A stretch of DNA of 64,000 bases, taken from the NCBI GenBank assembly GCA_000092065.1, contig CP000588.1. One strand, 5' to 3'. Made by a program: the position numbers and the translations under genes. Position 1 is the stretch's first letter, and each line of letters opens with the position of its first letter. The DNA comes from Ostreococcus lucimarinus. Taxonomy: Eukaryota. Below the pieces are notes generated by a model. That model was given only the letters and a program-made list of their open reading frames with translations, was not told the DNA's origin and made no database searches. This document shows positions 18,445 to 29,633 of this stretch, one piece after another.

Positions 18445-19527
18445 TCAGTGCTGATATATGTTTGCGTACCCAACGAGCCCCTTTTGCGACGCAATCGGCT
18501 TCCGAAGTCTATCCGACTGCGCCGAGAGGTGCAGTCGTCGCTGCGCGTTTTGTTGCGCCACCGAGGACGACGCGACTGCTCGATGACGCGACTGCGACGA
18601 CATCGGCGTACCTGGTTCAGGCGTACCCACGGCACCGTGGCCTCGCGATTGTTTCGTGTCGACGACGAGCGTTCGCTCGCGCCTAGACGGTACGCTTTGC
18701 GAAATGCGAGGCGTCGCCGCGACGCCGTCGCGGTGTAAACTCTTTGACGCCGAATCCATGGCGTCACAGACGCAATCTATCGTCCCTAACAATTTCTGAG
18801 TCTCGCTCTTAAGTCGACCCAAGAGCTCTTCTCGAACGCGATTGAGCGCGTCGAACGTCTTGGCGTCGTTTGCTCTCGCGTCGCGCAATTCGCTCGAACG
18901 CGCCTCGAGTTCGCCGCGCACGCGATCCAACTCCGTCGCCAACCGGCCCACGCGCACTTCGTGCTCGGCTTCGAGACGAAGACGTATGACGCTCTCTTCC
19001 TGTCGGATCACCGTCTCGCCGCGCGCTATTTCACCGCGCAAATGGCTCGCCTCCGCCTCCGCCGCGACGCGTCCCGCCTCGGCGTCTCTCGCCCTCGCCT
19101 CGAGCGTCTCGCGCTCGGTCGCGTGCGCCACCTCTCGCGACTCCATCGCCGCCTCTAAGCCCTGACGCGTCGCGCGCTCAGCGCTCAGCGCGTCCGCGAG
19201 CGCGCGCGCGCGCGCGTCATCGTTCGCGTCGACGACGCTCGACGCCCCTTCGTCGTCCTCGCGCGCGCGTCCGAGCCGATTCGCGTCTTCGTCGTCGTCG
19301 TCTTCGCGCGCCTCCTCCGTCGCCCTCGACGCGCGGTCGTCGGCGTCCGAGACGCGGTCGTCGTCGTCGTCGTCGTCGCGCGTCGTCGCCGTCGCGCTCG
19401 CCGTCGCGCCGCCGTCGTCGTCGTCCGTCGCGCTTAAAATAGTCGCGCGCGTCATCGCTCGCATGCACGCGCGCACGCGCGTCCTCGCCAGCGCCGCGCA
19501 CGCGTCCTCGCGCGCGCTCGATCGCAT
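18445..19527 (-). CDS. Coiled-coil protein of unknown function
   Basis: An acidic N-terminus, then a long heptad-like R/E/A/L-rich region (LEAEHEVRVGRLATELDRVRGELEARSSELRDA...). No family assignment. Confidence 0.4.
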   Translation of the reverse strand: MRSSAREDACAALARTRVRACMRAMTRATILSATDDDDGGATASATATTRDDDDDDDRVSDADDRASRATEEAREDDDDEDANRLGRAREDDEGASSVVDANDDARARALADALSAERATRQGLEAAMESREVAHATERETLEARARDAEAGRVAAEAEASHLRGEIARGETVIRQEESVIRLRLEAEHEVRVGRLATELDRVRGELEARSSELRDARANDAKTFDALNRVREELLGRLKSETQKLLGTIDCVCDAMDSASKSLHRDGVAATPRISQSVPSRRERTLVVDTKQSRGHGAVGTPEPGTPMSSQSRHRAVASSSVAQQNAQRRLHLSAQSDRLRKPIASQKGLVGYANIYQH

Positions 19528-19748
19528 CGCGCGCGCGTCCTTCGCCCTTCGCCTCGCGACGGACGCGCTTCCGACGCGCGTCCGACGACGACGCGACGAC
19601 GCGACGACGTGTGCCGGTTCGCGTCCCCGGCGCGGCGACGGCGCGAACCGGGTCGGTCGTCCGACGCCACGGGGCGACGCCGACGGGGCGACCGGACGCG
19701 CGCGCGCCGGGCGATACGCGAAAAAAGGACCCGACGACGCGCCGATCG

Positions 19749-20177
19749 ATGGGGAAACCCGCGCCGAGCGCGCCGCCGACGTCGTCGTCCGCGCCGTCCG
19801 CCGCCGACGCGTACGCGCGCGTCGTGACGAAGAAATTTACATTCAAAGGCGGCGCCGCGCTCACGGCGCGCGCGGAGGACAAGGCGAAGAAGCGGGCGAA
19901 GAAGGAGGCGAAGAAGGCGAAGAAACGAGACGGCGCCGATCGCGAGGCGACGACGGCGGGCGGGACGAAGTCGTACGAGGACGAGTTTCCCGAGGAAGCG
20001 CGGCGAGCGACCGAGGGGCGAGGGCGAACGGTGGCGTTCGGCACGAATTATCGAGCCGCGCCGGAGACGTTGCACGGGTACTCGCGGAAGTGGCGAGACA
20101 CGCCCGCGAGCGCGATGACGAGAGAAGAAAAGCTCGATCTGCGCAGCGCGACGAAGGCGGACAAGTTTTGCAAATAG
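19749..20177 (+). CDS. Small lysine-rich conserved protein (possibly FAM32A/DUF1754-like)
   Basis: KKFTFKGG near the N-terminus, a K-rich stretch (KAKKRAKKEAKKAKKR) and a C-terminal EEKLDLRSATKADKFCK. Both the start choice (M at 19749 versus ORF start 19611) and the family are uncertain. Confidence 0.35.
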   Translation: MGKPAPSAPPTSSSAPSAADAYARVVTKKFTFKGGAALTARAEDKAKKRAKKEAKKAKKRDGADREATTAGGTKSYEDEFPEEARRATEGRGRTVAFGTNYRAAPETLHGYSRKWRDTPASAMTREEKLDLRSATKADKFCK

Positions 20178-20246
20178 CGGGCGCGCGGAGGACTATAGGA
20201 GTTGTACCAACACGTAGAGTTTGAGTTCATTAAACACCGAGAGTTC

Positions 20247-21005
20247 CTACACCGAGAGCTGCGGCGGCGACGGCGGACGAGGCGGATGAATCGATTCTTC
20301 GAAATCTACCGGCGTCGTCTCGCGGAACGCGGCGCCGATGAAAGCCTTTTGCTCCGCCGCGCGCGGGTCTCTCGCGTCGCGAACCATGGCCTCCGTCGCC
20401 GCCGGCGTCGTCGTCTTCGCCGCTGACTCGCTCGCGTTCGTCGCCGTCGTCGCCTCGCGATCGCTCGAGCGCGCGCGATCGACCGTCTGCGTCACGGCGA
20501 AGAGCTTGAACAACGCGCTCGCCAGTTTATACGGCGTCGAGTAATACTTGCTCGGCTCGCACGCCAACTCGCAAATCCTTTGAATCGTGAACGGCGCGTC
20601 CCGGTCGAACGCCGACACGCACTCGCCACAAATTTTCTCCACGTCGTCTTCGTACGCCCGTCGCATCGCCGCCACGGTCGCCGCGCTCGCTATCTCCTCC
20701 GTCTCCTCCGTCTCCTCCGTCTCCTCCGTCTCCGTCTCCGTCTCCGTCGTCGTCCTCGCCCGTTTCGTCGCCCGCCCGCCCTCGCCCTCGTCGCCCTCGC
20801 CCTCGCCCTCGCCTCGCTCGCCGCCGAACGCCTCGTCCCCGAACGCCGTCATCGCTCGCCGCAGCGCCTCGCGCACGCGCTCTCGAAATCCCGCGTCGTC
20901 GTCCTTCGCCGTCCCTCGCCACGCGTCGCACGTCCCCGTCCGCGCGCACGCGCGCACGCGGTCGTCGCCGTCGTCGCCGTCGTCGCCGCTCGATCGCGTC
21001 GCCAT
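20247..21005 (-). CDS. Protein phosphatase 4 regulatory subunit 2 (PPP4R2)-like protein
   Basis: PFTIQRICELACEPSKYY matches the conserved PPP4R2 core (YFTIQRLCELLTDP...KYY). It carries an acidic (TE)n/(TEE)n tract encoded by a microsatellite. Confidence 0.6.
   Translation of the reverse strand: MATRSSGDDGDDGDDRVRACARTGTCDAWRGTAKDDDAGFRERVREALRRAMTAFGDEAFGGERGEGEGEGDEGEGGRATKRARTTTETETETEETEETEETEEIASAATVAAMRRAYEDDVEKICGECVSAFDRDAPFTIQRICELACEPSKYYSTPYKLASALFKLFAVTQTVDRARSSDREATTATNASESAAKTTTPAATEAMVRDARDPRAAEQKAFIGAAFRETTPVDFEESIHPPRPPSPPQLSV
20692..20748. repeat. Microsatellite (tctcctccg)x4 plus (tctccg)x3 inside the PPP4R2-like CDS
   Basis: Direct tandem repeat. It encodes TETETEETEETEETEE on the - strand. 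Confidence 0.85.
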
Positions 21006-21363
21006 CCGTCGTCGCGTCGCGGTGTGTCGTCGCCGGAATCGCGCGACACGCCGCGACGACGCGATGCGAAATCAAAAAGTGCGTGCCCTGGCGCCGTCCG
21101 TTCGTTCGTCACGCGTCGACGCGCGATGTCGAGCGAGGACGTCGAGCGCGGCGACGGCGACGATGGGCTCGAGCGATTCGAGCGCCTCGGCCGCGGGCTC
21201 GGTGCGTCCCGCGCGCGGCGACGGCGCGAACGCGCGAAACCGAGGCGACCGAGGGCGACTGACGACGGCTTTCAAATGCGTTTGATTTTTTTGATCGCCC
21301 GCAGCGCGCGCGGCGAAGCGCGAGCTGAGCGCGTCGTGCGCGACGTCGAGCGCGGCGACGAAA

Positions 21364-22341
21364 ATGACGTGCGCGACGCTGGTGCTCGGGTGCGCGGCGC
21401 GAAAGATGGTGATCGGGGAAAAGACGTTCGACGCGGCGTTCGCGCTCGAGGCGTACGCGACGACGCGCAAGCCGTGGACGCTGGTGACTTCGGGGTACGT
21501 CGAACGGTCGTTCGCGGCGTTGGTGGTCGATTGTTGGGGGTTGTTGTACATAGGTGGGATATTAGAACCCGTGTGGGGGGCGAAAGAGCTCACGAGGTTC
21601 GTGGTCGGGGTGAATTTGGCGACGACGACGCTCGCGTGGTTGTCCATGTGCGCGCTCTACGCCCTGAGCGCGGGGGACGAGTTTTATTTGTTTGCGAAAT
21701 TTTCCGGCTTTCACGGCGTCCTCGCCGCGCTGTTGCTCGCGCTCAGGCAAACGTCGCCGGAGGAACCGGTGTTCGCCGGTGAGGGCGCGTTGGGCGCGGG
21801 CACGAGCGGCGTCGTCGCCTCGCTGCGGGCGCTGCGAAACAAGCACTTGATCGGCGCGTACTTGTGCTTCACGGCGGCGTACGCCTTCATGAGCGGTGGT
21901 GCGCATCATCACGTCGGTTTGTACCTGTTCGATATATGGGGTGCGTATTCCGCGTGGGTGTATCTGCGTTTCTTCCAACCGCACGGCTCGGGCGCGCGCG
22001 GGGACGACAGCGACGATTTCGCGTTCGCCGCCCTCTTTCCTCCGGCGGCGCGTCCGGTCATCGCGCGCGTCTCCGCCCCCATAGGCGCCGCCGCGCGTGC
22101 GCTCGAGGCCAGACGCCGCCGCGCGAGAGAGGAAGCGGACACGCGCGCCGCGGCTTCGACTGCGACCGCAAAACCGGCGCAATCTCCCGCCGCCGCCGCC
22201 GCCGCCGCCGTCGTCCGCGCCAAGCTGGAATCGTCGTCCGCGCGCGAGGAGGACGACGACGCCAAGTCCAAGCGCGAGGCCCGCGCCGCGCGAGGTCGCG
22301 CCCTCGTCGAGGCGCGCGCGAACGCGGACGCGTCACCGTAG
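21364..22341 (+). CDS. Polytopic membrane protein, TMEM115/PL6 (rhomboid-like, DUF1751)-like
   Basis: Several TM helices. WTLVTSGYVERSFAALVVDCWGLLYIGGILEPVWGAKE resembles the DUF1751 signature. The C-terminal A/R/E-rich tail is low complexity. Confidence 0.45.
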   Translation: MTCATLVLGCAARKMVIGEKTFDAAFALEAYATTRKPWTLVTSGYVERSFAALVVDCWGLLYIGGILEPVWGAKELTRFVVGVNLATTTLAWLSMCALYALSAGDEFYLFAKFSGFHGVLAALLLALRQTSPEEPVFAGEGALGAGTSGVVASLRALRNKHLIGAYLCFTAAYAFMSGGAHHHVGLYLFDIWGAYSAWVYLRFFQPHGSGARGDDSDDFAFAALFPPAARPVIARVSAPIGAAARALEARRRRAREEADTRAAASTATAKPAQSPAAAAAAAVVRAKLESSSAREEDDDAKSKREARAARGRALVEARANADASP

Positions 22342-22521
22342 TGTATCATAATCGCACGAGCGCTTCGTAGCCCTCTCGGTCCGCACTCGTCAGTCGCCTC
22401 GCGCGTCCGTCTCGCCTTTGGACGAGGCGAGAGCCCCGCGCGGGTCGCGTCGACGTCATTCCGCGACGCGCACCGCGTTCGCGCGTTCGTTCTCGAGCGG
22501 TCCGCGACTCGAGCGCGCGCG

Positions 22522-24216
22522 ATGACGCACGCGACGCGAACGTCCGCGCGCGCGTCCGCGCCTTCGCCGCGCGCCGCCGTCGCGCGATCGCGCGCGCGCG
22601 CCCGCGGACGCGCCGCCGAGGGGGTGCGTGCGACCGGCGTCGCCGGACGCGCGCGCGTCGCGCGCGGCGCGCGATCGCGCGGGACCGTCCGCGCGGTGGT
22701 CAACGCGGCGAGCGATGGCGCGAACGACGCCGACGGCGGACGCGCGGTGCGAGTGCAGGCGCTCACGGCCAAGGAGGAGGAGGTGGATAGAATTCAAGAC
22801 ATGCTCAATAAGCCCTACAAGTGGGGGTTCAGCACGGATGTCGACACGGAGACGATTCCCGCTGGATTGAACGAAGAAGTCGTGCGCATGATCTCTGCGA
22901 AAAAAGAAGAGCCCGAGTGGATGCTCGACTTTCGATTGAAGGCGTTCCGTAAGTGGTTGACGATGGAGGAGCCGGATTGGAGCGACAATCGCTATCCGCA
23001 AATCGACTACCAGGCGTCGTCGTATTACAGCGCGCCAAAGTCGATGGAGAAGAAGAAGAGCTTAGATGAGGTCGATCCGGAGTTATTGGCCACGTTCGAC
23101 AAGCTCGGAATTCCACTGAACGAACAAAAGCGATTGACGAACGTCGCCGTGGACGCGGTGTTTGACTCCGTGTCCATCGGGACGACGTTCAAGGAAGATT
23201 TGCTCAAGGCTGGGGTGATCTTTTGCTCCATCTCAGAGGCGGTGCACGAGTACCCGGAATTAGTCAAGCAATATCTCGGATCGGTAGTGCCGGTGGCGGA
23301 CAACTATTTCACCGCCCTGAACAGCGCGGTGTTTAGCGACGGCTCCTTTGTGTACATTCCCAAGGGCGTCGTATCGCCGATGGAACTGTCGACGTACTTC
23401 CGCATCAACGCCGAATCTTCGGGTCAATTCGAGCGCACGCTCATCGTTGCTGAAGACGACTCTTATGTGAGCTATTTGGAAGGCTGCACGGCCCCGGCGT
23501 ATGACGAGAACCAGTTGCACGCCGCCGTCGTCGAGATTAGCGCGGGGAAAAACGCTGAAGTGAAGTATTCGACGGTCCAGAACTGGTACGCGGGTGATGA
23601 GGACGGAAAGGGTGGCATTTACAACTTTGTCACGAAGCGTGGCTTGTGCAAGGGGGACAACTCGAAGATTTCGTGGACTCAAGTCGAAACTGGCTCGTCC
23701 ATCACGTGGAAGTACCCGTCCGTCGTGCTCGCGGGAGACAACTCGATTGGTGAGTTCTACTCAGTCGCTTTGACGAACAACGCACAGCAAGCGGACACTG
23801 GGACTAAGATGATTCACATCGGTAAAAACACGCGGAGTCGCATCGTGAGCAAGGGAATTAGCGCCGGTAAGAGTAAAAACGTATACAGAGGTTTGGTGCA
23901 AGTGGGTCCAAACGCCTCCGGCGCGCGCAACTACTCTCAATGCGATTCGATGCTCATCGGCGATAAGGCCGGTGCGAACACGTATCCATACATCCAAGTC
24001 AAAGAACCGAGCTCTCGCGTCGAGCACGAAGCGAGTACATCCAAGATTGGTGAGGATCAATTGTTCTACTTCCAGCAACGTGGCATCTCTCCGGAGGAAG
24101 CCGTCGGCGTCATCATCTCTGGCTTTTGCCGAGAAGTCTTCAACGAACTACCTTTAGAATTCGCGGCCGAAGTCAACCAGCTCATGAGTCTCAAACTCGA
24201 GGGATCGGTGGGCTAA
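22522..24216 (+). CDS. SUFB: SufB, Fe-S cluster assembly scaffold (plastid SUF system), with a transit peptide
   Basis: The mature region aligns along its full length with SufB/ABCI8 ([26 protein letters not shown]..., [19 protein letters not shown]-terminal GFCREVF...LEGSVG). About 90 aa of R/A-rich presequence precede it. Confidence 0.92.
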   Translation: MTHATRTSARASAPSPRAAVARSRARARGRAAEGVRATGVAGRARVARGARSRGTVRAVVNAASDGANDADGGRAVRVQALTAKEEEVDRIQDMLNKPYKWGFSTDVDTETIPAGLNEEVVRMISAKKEEPEWMLDFRLKAFRKWLTMEEPDWSDNRYPQIDYQASSYYSAPKSMEKKKSLDEVDPELLATFDKLGIPLNEQKRLTNVAVDAVFDSVSIGTTFKEDLLKAGVIFCSISEAVHEYPELVKQYLGSVVPVADNYFTALNSAVFSDGSFVYIPKGVVSPMELSTYFRINAESSGQFERTLIVAEDDSYVSYLEGCTAPAYDENQLHAAVVEISAGKNAEVKYSTVQNWYAGDEDGKGGIYNFVTKRGLCKGDNSKISWTQVETGSSITWKYPSVVLAGDNSIGEFYSVALTNNAQQADTGTKMIHIGKNTRSRIVSKGISAGKSKNVYRGLVQVGPNASGARNYSQCDSMLIGDKAGANTYPYIQVKEPSSRVEHEASTSKIGEDQLFYFQQRGISPEEAVGVIISGFCREVFNELPLEFAAEVNQLMSLKLEGSVG

Positions 24217-24396
24217 TCAGTCGATCGATCGAACGCGCCGCACGCCCTAAACCTTGTAACGTTATGAATAAAAGACATTTTTTCGCGGCGATTTTGTCAA
24301 ATTTTTTATCGCGAATTTACAGGCATTGCGTATTTGCGTATTAAGATCGCATCAATCTTGATGTGGCTAACTAAATTGTATGTCTTCAACATTCTA

Positions 24397-27309
24397 TCAG
24401 TGCGGCTCCGCGTGCTGTTGGAGCTCATCTGCTGAATCTTTCTTCGCCTGAGAGCTGAGGCTCATCATGCTACCTTTCGCACCCTTCGACTTCGACACGT
24501 CGAGCGACAGAAGCGACGTTTCCTCCATCATTTGCATCTTCGCCAACGCCTCGATACGTTTCTTCTCTTTCGCGAGACGAGCCTGCTCTTCGGGAGGAAG
24601 ATCGGGATCTTCGACGCACTTTGCGTCGCTGTCGCTCTTCATCGAGCGCTGAGAATTGGTTCTACTAATCGTGGCGCTGTCCGTTTGCAGCTGAGCAACT
24701 TGCGGCGGCACCACGGCGGGCTCCGTCGCGGGCACGAAGTGCGGCTGCTCCGCGGCGCTCGTTATGGCGACGGGATGCTGAACATGATGTAAGGGAGGAG
24801 GCGATGTTTGCACCGTCGGTGGCGGTAACCCTGGCGCGCTATGTTGCGGCGCCATCGGTTGCGGAGGTTGTGGCGGCAAACCCAGATTGCTGGCACTGTT
24901 CACATTCATCAAGCGCGTCGCTTGTTGCGGTACTGTCTGTGTCGCCAGCGCAGGCGTGTGAGGGCGTTCGTAACGAGCGGACTCGGACCCAGTATCAGAT
25001 CCTGTAAGCAAGGCCATCTTGCTCGCCGTACGTTCAATACGCTTCTTCTGAAGCGAACGGAGCTTTTGCTGGCGCTCAGTCGTGTGACGTTGCCTCATTT
25101 CGGCTTCCTCTTGCTGTTGCTGAAGCTCGAGTTCTTCGAGCAAACGAAGTTCCTCCATCTCTTCCTGTTCTTCTTCGTTCGCGTAAGATCCGGCGTCTGA
25201 ACCTCTATCTCCGATTTCTGACACCGTCGCTGACGACCCACCCTCGATCACGCGCTGCACGTCCTGCATCACACTTTCGGAATATGTCGGCTGCGCGTTT
25301 GCGACTGGAGCTCGAGGTGGCTTCTGCGCAGCCAGATCAAACTGCTCTAGCGATCGGGCGACCTCCGCGGGCTGCACCGGAGCTGGAGAACGAACCGGCG
25401 AAATCCCGGGGGTGGCGTGAGGAGGCGACGCGTCGCCCGGCGTCGTGAAGCCACTCGTCGTGCCCCGCGCCGCGGCGGCGGCGACCGGAGCCTGTTCTTG
25501 AGGTTTCACAGCGGCGAACGCGCTTTGCGGTCGTAAAAGACTCTCTTCGTGCTGCACAGCGTGAGACTTTTCCGGTAAAATTGCGTGGTCATCCACCAAA
25601 ATTCGCGGCTTTTCCGAAAGCGACTCCGTCGACGGCGACTGCGTCAACATCATCTCGATCTGGCTCGGACTCTGCGCTAAGTGTTCCTGACTCGCGCTTG
25701 CAGATATTGCACCCGCTCGACTGGATTCAGGACGCCCGCGCAATTTCTCTTCAGGGCTAGATCCACCGCTGTTCTCGGCGCTATGTCTTTTGCTCTCAGG
25801 GCGCTCGCAAAAGCCCTTCTTCTCGTCCCACAAGTACTTCACCTCCTTTTCTATTTCTCTCTCAATTGTTTCGACCGCGGTCATCTCCAATCCAAGTTCT
25901 TCCACCATCTCAGTCGCAACCGAACGCGCGCTGTCAGTTTCGGTGTTGAAAGGAAACTCCACGGTTCGATTTTGACCCGACGAGTCGGCGATTCTCAAAC
26001 GCAACCGAAGCGAGTTGTCCTCCAAAAACGTCCCCTTGACGCGCACGTCGAGCGAAGCCCCTCGCCTGTGCTCCGGTGGCTCGAGCGTGTCAGCCTCAGA
26101 GTAGACTCTCACAATCTTTCTACCATTATCCCCTCTCGTTTGAGCCACGCGCGGTGGCTCCTCTTCCTCTTCCTCTTCCTTGACAATCGGTCTCGGCACC
26201 TCTGGTTCCTCTTCGACGACGGCGCGCGGAACCATGGTTTTCTTTTCCTTCTTCTTCAACCAAACGTGATCCAACAGCTGCTGAGCCGTCGGGCGTTCAT
26301 CCGCGGGAGCGATGGCGAGAGAGATGAATTCGTAAATGTCATCACCCTTCTCTTTGATGGTCTCCAACGCCGCCGGAGGAATCCCACTTGAAACGCGCTT
26401 GTAAATTTGCGCCGGATTTTTACACTCGTTGTACGGGCACTCAAACGTAACGAGCTCGATCAGACACATACCGAAAGAGTATATGTCCACGCGTTCGTCA
26501 TAGTCTTCCTCGTACAGCTCCGGGGCCATGAACTCGGGTGTTCCGATCACGCTGTGCGTTCGCTGATGATCCAACATCGCGGCGAGACCCAAGTCACCGA
26601 TTTTGATCTCCCCGGCGTTACCGTTGACAAAAATGTTGTCGCACTTCAAGTCACGATGCACGATCGGTGGCTCGTGTGAGTGCAAGTACTCTAGACCTCG
26701 TAAAATTTGACGAGCCCAGCTCTTGACGGCGCGCATATCCAAATTGTTTTTAAATCGCGCGGCGTACTTGTTCAACGTCCCCGCACACGCCTCGGTTATG
26801 AAGTTCACGCTCACCTCTCCCGTCTTCTCGTTCGTCGTGTTCCACGAATGATAAAACTTCAACACGTTCTTGTGATCAAGTCTCTTCAAGATCTCAACCT
26901 CACCGAGCAAGCGCTGCTTCTCCACCGCGGGTAAACCGTGAACTTTGACCTGGTTCCACGCCACGTCCATGCCCTCTTCTTCGTCGAAAGCCTTGTACAC
27001 GTTCTTGTACGTCCCACGACCGAGAAGTTCAGTGGTTCGCCCGAAGCGTCCGGTTGGATCCCACTCCACAAACTTCGTCGTCTCTTCCTCAGGCTCCTCC
27101 TCTTCTTGAGACGGCGGATCGTCCTCCGCGCGCGCGTTGACCTCGTCGGCGTCGCGACGCGTCGGCGACGCTTCGCGCAATCCTTCATCCTGCACATTCA
27201 CCCCATCCGGCGACTCGCTTTCAATCTTTGTCTCCCCGTTCACCTGCGTCTCCTCGTCTCGCATTACGGCCGTCTTGTGCGTCAATTCTCCCTCCTCAGT
27301 GTCCGCCAT
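24397..27309 (-). CDS. WNK: WNK (With-No-Lysine) serine/threonine protein kinase
   Basis: GRGTYKNVYKAFDEEEGMDVAWNQVKV shows the WNK-specific VAW in place of the canonical VAIK lysine. The catalytic loop is HRDLKCDNIF and the DFG is GDLGLA. A long Q/P-rich C-terminal extension follows. Confidence 0.9.
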   Translation of the reverse strand: MADTEEGELTHKTAVMRDEETQVNGETKIESESPDGVNVQDEGLREASPTRRDADEVNARAEDDPPSQEEEEPEEETTKFVEWDPTGRFGRTTELLGRGTYKNVYKAFDEEEGMDVAWNQVKVHGLPAVEKQRLLGEVEILKRLDHKNVLKFYHSWNTTNEKTGEVSVNFITEACAGTLNKYAARFKNNLDMRAVKSWARQILRGLEYLHSHEPPIVHRDLKCDNIFVNGNAGEIKIGDLGLAAMLDHQRTHSVIGTPEFMAPELYEEDYDERVDIYSFGMCLIELVTFECPYNECKNPAQIYKRVSSGIPPAALETIKEKGDDIYEFISLAIAPADERPTAQQLLDHVWLKKKEKKTMVPRAVVEEEPEVPRPIVKEEEEEEEPPRVAQTRGDNGRKIVRVYSEADTLEPPEHRRGASLDVRVKGTFLEDNSLRLRLRIADSSGQNRTVEFPFNTETDSARSVATEMVEELGLEMTAVETIEREIEKEVKYLWDEKKGFCERPESKRHSAENSGGSSPEEKLRGRPESSRAGAISASASQEHLAQSPSQIEMMLTQSPSTESLSEKPRILVDDHAILPEKSHAVQHEESLLRPQSAFAAVKPQEQAPVAAAAARGTTSGFTTPGDASPPHATPGISPVRSPAPVQPAEVARSLEQFDLAAQKPPRAPVANAQPTYSESVMQDVQRVIEGGSSATVSEIGDRGSDAGSYANEEEQEEMEELRLLEELELQQQQEEAEMRQRHTTERQQKLRSLQKKRIERTASKMALLTGSDTGSESARYERPHTPALATQTVPQQATRLMNVNSASNLGLPPQPPQPMAPQHSAPGLPPPTVQTSPPPLHHVQHPVAITSAAEQPHFVPATEPAVVPPQVAQLQTDSATISRTNSQRSMKSDSDAKCVEDPDLPPEEQARLAKEKKRIEALAKMQMMEETSLLSLDVSKSKGAKGSMMSLSSQAKKDSADELQQHAEPH

Positions 27310-28196
27310 CGCGCCGACGCGCGCGTGAGCGTCGAGGATAATTGTCGCTCGCCTCGCCTTTGATTTCTCTCACTTCGCTCGACGAGGCTTAACGACACAT
27401 CGCTCTTCTCGACAAACGATACCACGGCTTCGCGCTCGCAGTATGGAGAGTTTCGACCGCGAATGCGCGCGTCGGTGAAGGCTTACGCGACGCCGCGCCC
27501 GCCAGAGTCAACCCAAAATCACTCGTACGAGTCACGACTCGACCCAGACCCCCTCGAGGCTGCGCCACCCGCGATCCGCGCCGCGCAATGTACGCGCACG
27601 CGACGTCCTATTCGACGCGATCGCGCGCTGCACCGCGCGCGCGCCTTCTTTACGACCGCGTCGTCCCGTTTCACGCCCGATCGCACGCGCGCACGCTCGA
27701 GGACGCGCCTTCAAACGTCGCGATTCGAAAACCGGCCGCGATTCGCACGATGCGCGCGATGACGGTCGTCTCGCGCCTCGCGTCCGCGTCGTTCGCGTCG
27801 ACCGCGCGCGTCGACCGCGCGCGACGCTCGCAAAACTTTTCCTTCGCCTCGATCGACGCCGTTCGCGTCGAACGCGCGCTCGCGACGACGTGCGCGCGGC
27901 GACGCGTCTCCCGCGGGCGCCGCGACGAGGACTCGACGAGTGCGGCGCGCGCGCGTCGCGCGCGCGTCGCGGGTCGTCGCGTGTTCGTCTCGAGACGGGG
28001 TTTCGTTACGTATACCACGCGTTCGAACGCCCGTGTAGTATCACACGAAAACGAACAGATTCGCTCGGCACCTCGCGCGTCGGTCGGTCGGTCGGTCGGT
28101 CGCCCCGGTCGTTGGCCGCAGTCGCGCGCGGGCGTTCGTCGCCGTCGCGAGCGCGGGCGTCGTCGAGGGCGACCGTGGGTGGCGACGGCGCGAGCG

Positions 28197-28399
28197 ATGA
28201 GCGCGCCGACGCTGACGAACATGCTCGACGCGCGCGTGAGCGTCATCACGAACGACGGACGACACATCGTCGGCACGCTGCGAGGGTTCGACCAGGTGAC
28301 GAACGTGATCTTGGAGGACTGCGCCGAGCGCGTGTACTCGAGCGAGAGCGGCGTCGAGGAAGCGCCGTTGGGGGTGTATATGATACGGGGAGATAATGT
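28197..28399 (+). CDS. LSM8: LSm8 (U6 snRNA-associated Sm-like protein), exon 1
   Basis: MSAPTLTNMLDARVSVITNDGRHIVGTLRGFDQVTNVILEDCAERVYSSESGVEEAPLGVYMIRGDNV matches LSm8 Sm1/Sm2 motifs. The reading frame breaks at a GTGCGT donor at 28400. Confidence 0.8.
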
Positions 28400-28524
28400 G
28401 TGCGTCAACGCGAGGCGAAGGCGTCGAGGGGGACGAGGGATTGAATGGACCGAGGACGCGCGCGCGCGCTCGAACGCGAGAGACGCGAAGGACTGACGAC
28501 GAGAAATTGCGTGGCGACGAACAG

Positions 28525-28616
28525 TGCGCTCGTGGGACCGGTGGATGAAGAATTAGATGCAGAGTTAGATTTATCGGAGACCAGGGCACCGCCGCTTAAG
28601 GCGATAAAGTTTTGAT
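28525..28616 (+). CDS. LSM8: LSm8, exon 2 (after a 125-nt intron at 28400-28524)
   Basis: After the acceptor ...ctgacgacgagaaattgcgtggcgacgaacag the frame continues (V)ALVGPVDEELDAELDLSETRAPPLKAIKF*, which matches the LSm8 C-terminus (AVIGEIDEELD...). Confidence 0.75.
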
Positions 28617-28699
28617 TAAAACTTTCACAAAGTAGAGAAGTAGCGAAGCGCGAAGGCGCCGACGATGAGTTGCAAGAAGAATCGGAATCAGTGGCGTTC

Positions 28700-29005
28700 C
28701 TAGTCGTGGTGACCGTGATTGTTGAGGTTTCGGAGTAGCTCTCGCGCCCGCTTTAACGTGTTTATCTCGTCGTCGGTGAGATTCGTCGACGGCGCACGCG
28801 TGGGCGCCAGGATGGAGCGCAACGCTTCGGCGCATTCCGCGCACGCCAACGCGTTGTTGAGTACGTTTGACGAATGTTTCGTACTCGGTGAGGTCGGAAA
28901 CAAAAATGTGATGCGATCCCGGAAGATTTTAGTTTCGTGATGTACATGGTCGTACAGCGCGGACAATCCGACGCTACCACCGGCAAATGGCCTGACGAAA
29001 TTCAT
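28700..29005 (-). CDS. Small hypothetical protein (possibly LYR-motif family)
   Basis: A 101-aa ORF with a C-terminal EINTLKRARELLRNL stretch reminiscent of LYRM/ISD11-like proteins. Weak evidence. Confidence 0.25.
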   Translation of the reverse strand: MNFVRPFAGGSVGLSALYDHVHHETKIFRDRITFLFPTSPSTKHSSNVLNNALACAECAEALRSILAPTRAPSTNLTDDEINTLKRARELLRNLNNHGHHD

Positions 29006-29077
29006 GATCGACGTCGCCGAATGCTGCCGAGGAAAACGACGGTGGCGTCAGTCTCGAGAAGATTATGTCGCACATAA

Positions 29078-29596
29078 TCAACGATAACGTACGATTGCCC
29101 AAAAACACATCACGGTGAATACGACTTGAGTGTGAAGCACGCTCGGGATGAAAACGAGCGAGACGAACGTCACGAAAACCTGCGTAGGAATTCCTATCAA
29201 GGTGGACGCGATCGTTCCGACGAAGCGTCCGATACGAGACAAGGCGGGGAAAACCTCCAGTTTCACCGACTTCACGTGCGCCTCATCCTCGGTCTCGGCG
29301 TTAGCGTCGAGTGGCATCGGCTGAGTCGACATCGCTTTCGCACTGTCGACGTCCGCGTCCGCTCCTATCGCCGCGTCGATGGCTCGCGTCACCGCTCTCG
29401 CAGCGGCGTCTCTGCGCGACGCCGACTCGCCCAAAATTTCTGCCACGCCTTCGTGTTCACCGAGCGCGTCGTCTTTCGTGAACCCTCGCTCTAAAATTTC
29501 TTTTGACGGTTTACCCATCGTTCCGGCCGCCATCGCGCGAACGCTCGCCAGGTACTCGGCGCTGTCTTTTCGCGTCCTCGCTCGAGCAGAGTCCAT
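29078..29596 (-). CDS. Hypothetical small membrane protein (C-terminal TM segments)
   Basis: A 172-aa ORF. The hydrophobic C-terminus is IGRFVGTIASTLIGIPTQVFVTFVSLVFIPSVLHTQVVFTVMCFWAIV. No family assigned. Its ATG overlaps that of the divergent + strand gene in a CATG. Confidence 0.3.
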   Translation of the reverse strand: MDSARARTRKDSAEYLASVRAMAAGTMGKPSKEILERGFTKDDALGEHEGVAEILGESASRRDAAARAVTRAIDAAIGADADVDSAKAMSTQPMPLDANAETEDEAHVKSVKLEVFPALSRIGRFVGTIASTLIGIPTQVFVTFVSLVFIPSVLHTQVVFTVMCFWAIVRYR

Positions 29597-29633
29597 GTGT
29601 GAGGCGTCGTCGTGCCAGTGTCACGCTCGCACG

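Noticed and set aside
24236-24252. Interstitial telomere-like heptamer ccctaaacc between SufB and WNK
   Set aside because: It is a single copy inside an AT-rich convergent 3'UTR region. This is expected by chance and not an interstitial telomeric array.
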